Source: Prasinococcaceae sp. CCMP 1430 (Eukaryota > Plantae > Prasinodermophyta). From it: a DNA stretch of 47,192 nucleotides. How positions within the stretch are numbered: position 1 is the stretch's first letter; the number at the start of each line of letters is the position of its first letter. Location: the NCBI GenBank assembly GCA_013416795.1, contig RQSC01000007.1, positions 265,836 to 313,027 of the forward strand, read 5' to 3'. Positions 42,289 through 47,192 of the stretch are shown here, in pieces. The notes beneath the pieces are model-generated. The model saw only the letters and a list, made by a program, of their open reading frames with translations, was not told the origin of the DNA and did not search any database. The translations under genes and the position numbers were made by a program.

Positions 42289-44169
42289 CGGCGCGATCCG
42301 GCGCCGGCGCTGGTGCGCGTCGTGCGAGCGTCATGCGACGGCGGCGCGCAAGAGCGACCGGACGCGGCACCGCGCGCGCGGGGGGGCGAAAACTCCCACG
42401 AGTACGACTTCCTGGTGATCGGGAGCGGCATCGCCGGGCTCACGTACGCGCTCAAGGCGGCCCGCCACGGGCGCGTGGCGGTGGTGACCAAGGCGCATGC
42501 CGCGGAGAGCAGCACGAAGTACGCGCAGGGGGGCATCTCCGCGGTGTGGGATCCCGCGGACAGCGTGGAGAGCCACGTGGAGGACACGCACGTGGCGGGC
42601 GCTTTTCTGTGCGACGAGCGCGCCGTCGAGGTGGTGTGCACAGAGGGTCCGGAGCGAGTGCGCGAGCTCATCGCGCTGGGCGCCGAGTTCAGCCGCGCTG
42701 CAGACGGCAGCGGGGCGTACCACCTGGCGAAGGAGGGTGGGCACACGCACAGCAGGATCCTGCATGCCGCAGACATGACGGGGCGTGAGATCGAGCGCGC
42801 CTTGTTGAAGAGCGCCAGCGAGAACGAGGCGATCGACATCTTTGAGCACAGCTTCGCCACCGAGCTGCTGACCGTCCAAGGATCCGGCGTCGGCGGCAGC
42901 GCGGGCGCCGGGGCGCCGCTATGCATCGGGGCGGACGCGATTTCCACGCGCACGGGCGAGGTCACGCGGTTTCTCGCGCACACGACGCTGGTTGCGTCCG
43001 GGGGCGCCGGCCAGGTGTATCCCTCGACGACGAATCCGCCGGTAGCCACCGGCGACGGCATGGCGCTGTGCATGCGCGCTGGCGCGCCGGTGACCAACCT
43101 CGAGTTCGTGCAGTTCCACCCGACGAGCCTGTACGACGAGGCCACCGCGGCAGGCGGCACAGCGTTCCTCATCACCGAGGCCATGCGCGGCGCGGGGGGG
43201 CTGCTGTACAACACCGCCGGCGAGCGTTTCATGCCCTCGTACGACGCGAGGGCTGAGCTCGCGCCGCGCGACGTCGTGGCGCGCGCCATCGACGACCAGC
43301 TCAAGTGCCGCGGCGACTCGTACGTGCTGCTTGACATCAGCCACAAGCCCGCCGAGGAAATCCTCGACCACTTCCCGAACATTGCCGCGTACTGCAAGGA
43401 GACGCAGGGCCTCGATATCACCAAAGACCCAATTCCGGTGGTGCCCGCCGCGCATTACTTTTGCGGCGGTGTGAGCGCTGGTCTCGACGGCGAGACCGCC
43501 ATCGCCGGGCTGTTCACGTGCGGCGAGGCAGCGTGCACGGGCCTCCACGGCGCCAACCGCCTCGCGTCCAACTCGCTGCTTGAGGGGCTCGTCTTCGCGC
43601 ACCGCGCGGCGGAAGCAGCTCGGGCGCACGTACGAGCTGCGCGCGGCACAAGCGACACCGGCGATGCCGTCGATTTGCGAGCTCTGGCCTCTGGACTGCA
43701 TCGGCCGATGGACGTCGCGCTCTCGCTCGACGATGACGCCGAGGAGAGGATCGCCGAGCTTCGGGGGGAGCTCACAGCGGCTATGTGGGACCATGCGGGC
43801 ATCGTGCGCAACACCGAGTCGCTGAGGGCAGGGCTGGAGAGGGTCGCGTGTGTGCGCTCGCGCGCGCCACCTGCGGCAAGCAGCGTGTCGGCGATGGAGC
43901 TCCACAACCTGCTTGACATCGGGGAGATGATCGTTCGCAGCGCGCTGCAGCGGCGAGAGAGTCGGGGGCTGCACTACACGAAGGACCACCCCGCGCCTCG
44001 GGAGAAATGCCAGCGACCGACGACGATGCAGCTGCTGCTCGCGCGTGGGGGCGATGGGAGCGAGTCCGATGCGGACGCTGACGAGTGGCTTGTGGAGTAC
44101 TACAACAACGTACGCACGGACGCGAGCGCGACGACGGACGTGCACGCGACTGCGGACGCCTCCTCTTGA
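42289..44169 (+). CDS. nadB: L-aspartate oxidase (de novo NAD synthesis), plant/plastid type, 5' partial and intronless
   Basis: YDFLVIGSGIAGL, TKYAQGGISAV, EGGHTHSRILHAADMTGREIE, VQFHPT, ELAPRDVVARAI, GLHGANRLASNSLLE and ESRGLHY. A transit-peptide-like remnant ALVRVVRAS follows the N at 42288. Confidence 0.96.
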   Translation, partial: RRDPAPALVRVVRASCDGGAQERPDAAPRARGGENSHEYDFLVIGSGIAGLTYALKAARHGRVAVVTKAHAAESSTKYAQGGISAVWDPADSVESHVEDTHVAGAFLCDERAVEVVCTEGPERVRELIALGAEFSRAADGSGAYHLAKEGGHTHSRILHAADMTGREIERALLKSASENEAIDIFEHSFATELLTVQGSGVGGSAGAGAPLCIGADAISTRTGEVTRFLAHTTLVASGGAGQVYPSTTNPPVATGDGMALCMRAGAPVTNLEFVQFHPTSLYDEATAAGGTAFLITEAMRGAGGLLYNTAGERFMPSYDARAELAPRDVVARAIDDQLKCRGDSYVLLDISHKPAEEILDHFPNIAAYCKETQGLDITKDPIPVVPAAHYFCGGVSAGLDGETAIAGLFTCGEAACTGLHGANRLASNSLLEGLVFAHRAAEAARAHVRAARGTSDTGDAVDLRALASGLHRPMDVALSLDDDAEERIAELRGELTAAMWDHAGIVRNTESLRAGLERVACVRSRAPPAASSVSAMELHNLLDIGEMIVRSALQRRESRGLHYTKDHPAPREKCQRPTTMQLLLARGGDGSESDADADEWLVEYYNNVRTDASATTDVHATADASS

Positions 44170-44349
44170 GCATCCGTTTCGTGCAGCACCACGCGCCGCT
44201 CTGCCGCGCCACAGCCTGCGTGCTTTTTTTGGTGTCTTAATTCAATTCTGTGTACCTGCCATCACCATGGCCCGGGGCGAGTCGCGCCGCGCGTCGGCGA
44301 GAGCAAGCGCACGCTCGCCGTCGCCGGACGCAGCACGCGGCTGCGCGTT

Positions 44350-46521
44350 CTACAGCGTGTAGCACGCCGCATCCACAGAGCGGCTGCTGCGCGCGCTCAT
44401 CGAGTGTGTGAGACGTGTCTCGTCCCGGACGGAGGCCGCTGTGGACGCCGGCGTGTACACCATGCGGGCGCGCGCGGTCTGCAGCCTCGTCGGAAGCGTG
44501 CGCACGGCGACCGGCGCTGCCGCCGCGCGCGCCTTATCCAGCTTTCGGTCAATGCGTTCGCGCGTGCTCTCTGGCCGCAACCGCACGACCGTAGGGGGCA
44601 CTAACGAGCCCAGCGGAAGGGCGCCGCCGCCCGCTCTGTTCCGGTGCCCGAGGCCGCCGTCCAGCGTGTGGTGTGGGCTTACGCCCCCTCGCGCAGTGCT
44701 CCACATGGTTCGCGCGGCCAGGATGTCGTCCGCTGCGATTACGCCCGCGTGGCGCAGCTCGCTGGCTGCCACGGCGTCGAACGCGAAGGTCGAGGTGCCG
44801 CGCTCCCATTCCTCCTCGGAGGCGAGGCGCGCGGCGGCCTCCAGTCGCGCGCAGCTCGCGCGCGCGGCTTCCTCGCTGCCGCGCGGCGCGAAGTGCGCGG
44901 GGCGCGCCGCGCCGGTCGGAGCGTAGCGCGAGGCGTCCACAGCCGCCGCGATGCGCCCCAGCACCTCCAGAAATTCGGTGAATGTGAGCGAGCCGATCTG
45001 CGCGCCCCCGAGCGCGGAATCGCGCCTCGCATGACTGCCCCCGGCGAGCTTCGCCCACGCGCTGGGTCGCGCGGGCCCGTTGGCCAGTGCGAAGAGCCGG
45101 CCGAGCTCGGTGCGGGTGATGAAGCGAGGGTACACCTCAAAGTCCATGAGCAGTGTGCACAGCTCGCGCTCTGAGAGCGTGGCGTTCAGTTGGTGCGCTT
45201 CGCTCCAGTCGCGCGGCCGCGCTGTTGGACCGCCCGAGCCGTCCCACGAGGGGCTCACGCGCGCGTAAAAGGAGAAGATCTGTCGCAGCGGCCTCTCCCA
45301 GGGCTCGAACTCAGCCCACACCGCCGGGTGGCACAAGACGTCTGTGACGGCTGTGTCGTACGCACCATGGGCGCCACTGGGCACCGCCGGCCCCCCTCCG
45401 CTTGCTCCTGACGCGCGCGCAGCAGCTGGCTCACCGCCACCCCGGCCGCCGGCGCGCAGGAGAGCCACAAGCGCCGCCACGGCACGAGCGGGGCCAAGCT
45501 CGTCGCCGTCCTCCTCCTCCTCCTCGTGGCCCCGCGCTCGCGCCGGCTCGGCGCACGCCGCCAGCGCGGCCGCCCCGCGCACGGCCAGGTCGCACATGAG
45601 CCCCACGAAGGCGTTCTGGTCGAGCGTTCCCTTCGGCGAGTGCGTATCCATCGGGGGCGGCATCGCAGAGACCGCCGCGGAGAAGCGCACGTCAAGGACG
45701 TTGCTGCCCACCAGCGGCGCGAGGCCCGTCCGCCGCGCCCATTTCGCAAAGGCGGTGCACGTGAGCCACTGCTTGCCCTCCTTTGCGCTCACAAACGCCT
45801 CGTGCAGCACGCGTGCCGGCTCTCCACCACCGTCGACGACCGCCATCGCCTCGCGAGCACGCGCCGCGAGTTCGCTCTCAGCGTTCGGCCTGCGCGCCTG
45901 CGCCTTGACTCCGAACGGGGCGTCAGCCTGCGCGAACGCGCGCGACCTCATCCGCTGCGCACGCGCGGCGGCGATTCGCGCCCGTGGTGAGGCTGGATGC
46001 GGCGAGCCCGCTGCGGCCTCGTCGCCCTCTTGCGCGGGAGCCGACCGGAAGTCGTGCTTCATCATCGAGATTCGGCGCGGCTCCAGCCTCACCGAGTAGC
46101 CGACGCGTCGGCTCGCGGGCAAGAACTTGGCCGGCACGCCGGCGCCCGTGAACGCTGCGTTGCGCTCAGCGACGGTGGCCAGCTGCTGCTCCTTGCGTCG
46201 TCGTCGGCGCGGCGAGAGCGAGCTCTCCGCGCGCAGCGCCGCGAGACTCACGCGACACTCTTTGCCGCCCATGGACATTTTGTCGAGGATCAGCTTCGGC
46301 GAGTGCAGCTCGAGGTACGCGAGCAGGCTGCGCGTCTTGAGCGCGGCGGCCTCGGCGGCGTCCTTGAGTCGGCCCGAGTCGGCCGCGCGCTTCATCTCCT
46401 GCAGAAACTCGTCGCCCGCGAGGTCAGATGGCACCACCGACGCGGCGTCCACGTCGGCGTCCGCGTCGCCCTGCTCGCGCCGCCGCGGCACGCGTAGCCG
46501 CAGCGCCGGCCCCTTCGCCAT
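44350..46521 (-). CDS. Intronless ~723-aa protein with p25-alpha/EF-hand-like helical repeats (flagellar-associated type)
   Basis: From ATG 46521: AFAKWARRTGL..LDVRFS..LDQNAFVGLMCDLA and LRQIFSFYA..LSERELCTLLMDFEVYP..LGRLF..LTFTEFLEVLGRIA. Confidence 0.6.
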   Translation of the reverse strand: MAKGPALRLRVPRRREQGDADADVDAASVVPSDLAGDEFLQEMKRAADSGRLKDAAEAAALKTRSLLAYLELHSPKLILDKMSMGGKECRVSLAALRAESSLSPRRRRRKEQQLATVAERNAAFTGAGVPAKFLPASRRVGYSVRLEPRRISMMKHDFRSAPAQEGDEAAAGSPHPASPRARIAAARAQRMRSRAFAQADAPFGVKAQARRPNAESELAARAREAMAVVDGGGEPARVLHEAFVSAKEGKQWLTCTAFAKWARRTGLAPLVGSNVLDVRFSAAVSAMPPPMDTHSPKGTLDQNAFVGLMCDLAVRGAAALAACAEPARARGHEEEEEDGDELGPARAVAALVALLRAGGRGGGEPAAARASGASGGGPAVPSGAHGAYDTAVTDVLCHPAVWAEFEPWERPLRQIFSFYARVSPSWDGSGGPTARPRDWSEAHQLNATLSERELCTLLMDFEVYPRFITRTELGRLFALANGPARPSAWAKLAGGSHARRDSALGGAQIGSLTFTEFLEVLGRIAAAVDASRYAPTGAARPAHFAPRGSEEAARASCARLEAAARLASEEEWERGTSTFAFDAVAASELRHAGVIAADDILAARTMWSTARGGVSPHHTLDGGLGHRNRAGGGALPLGSLVPPTVVRLRPESTRERIDRKLDKARAAAAPVAVRTLPTRLQTARARMVYTPASTAASVRDETRLTHSMSARSSRSVDAACYTL

Positions 46522-46749
46522 GGCCGCGCGCTCGACGCGTCCGCTACGCTGCGCCACCCCTCCCCCCTCCCTTTGGTAAGCTCCGCGACCACGCGTCGTC
46601 CTCCCTCCACCCCCCCTCGCTTCGCCGCCAGTCCTGCCGGAACGCCCGCCTCCCCGCCCGCCGCCGCTCCCTTCACCTCGGGCCGCCCGCCCGCGCGCGC
46701 GCCGTGTGGTGCCCCCCCCGCGCCGCGCGCTCGATCGGGAGCGCAGCAA

Positions 46750-47100
46750 GTTGAGGTTTGCGTTTGCGTCCAGCCCGAATTTGGGTTTAAATAAATAGGG
46801 TATATTTCGAAAAAGCGCGTCGCCCGCGGCCGTTCCCAGCCAGCCGTTCCACCTGCGGCAGGCTGCGGTGGCAAATCAGATGGCGCTCGGCCTATATCAA
46901 ACGTGCTCCACGGCCCGCACGCGCTTCGGGCGAAAACGCGGAGTTTGGGGGATTTCGTCGGCGCGGTTCGGGCGCGGCGCCGGGGCCGCCCCCGTCGCGG
47001 CGGGCGACCCGAACCGCCGCGCGGCCCCATCTGGTGCAGTAATGCGCATTCCCTTCGGAAAATATAGACCCTAATGTGGTGGAAACCCGAAGGAGGGCGT
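46750..47100. promoter_or_regulatory. AT-rich promoter-like islands with telo-box-like motifs
   Basis: TTGGGTTTAAATAAATAGGG 46781-46800, GACCCTAA 47067-47074, AAACCCGA 47083-47090. Confidence 0.55.
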
Positions 47101-47192
47101 GGGAGGGGGGGGGGCGCGGAGGCATTTCGCGCGCCGCGGTTTGCGCGCCGCGGCGAGATCTGGATGCGCGCCGCGCTCGCGCGCGCGCGCGC

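Noticed and set aside
42289-44169. nadB as a recent bacterial transfer or contaminant
   Set aside because: It has a plant-type sequence, a transit-peptide-like remnant and host-like GC; aspartate-route NAD synthesis is established in green plants.

Overview
Eukaryotic, very GC-rich, gene-dense nuclear DNA, most likely from a prasinophyte-grade green alga. This is an inference from plant-type ZOP1, TRAP-alpha, NDUFB9, LpxA, a plastid-type L-aspartate oxidase and ciliary genes. The window looks like a whole draft scaffold: both ends lie in (GC)n tracts, and there is one ~434-N gap, two single-N joins, an identical 1371-bp tandem duplication at the start and several apparent single-base indels. 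About 24 protein genes or fragments were reconstructed by hand from GT-AG sites and reading phase. Product names come from recalled family motifs, not database searches. Most long ORFs in the supplied track across 1-19.6 kb are artefacts of (CA/GT/GC)n-filled introns. Main signals: (1) introns built from alternating purine-pyrimidine repeats, mostly without a polypyrimidine tract and with GU-rich 5' / AC-rich 3' polarity; (2) an intron-poor block with a JmjC oxygenase, a membrane-inserted PTP-like phosphatase, a signal-anchored TTL-like ligase and a GT60-GT31 fusion lacking an in-frame AUG; (3) a small HEPN-like protein with both myristoylation and CaaX signals; (4) telo-box-like and GGAATCC motifs in AT-rich islands. 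No rRNA, tRNA, CRISPR array or transposase was recognised.
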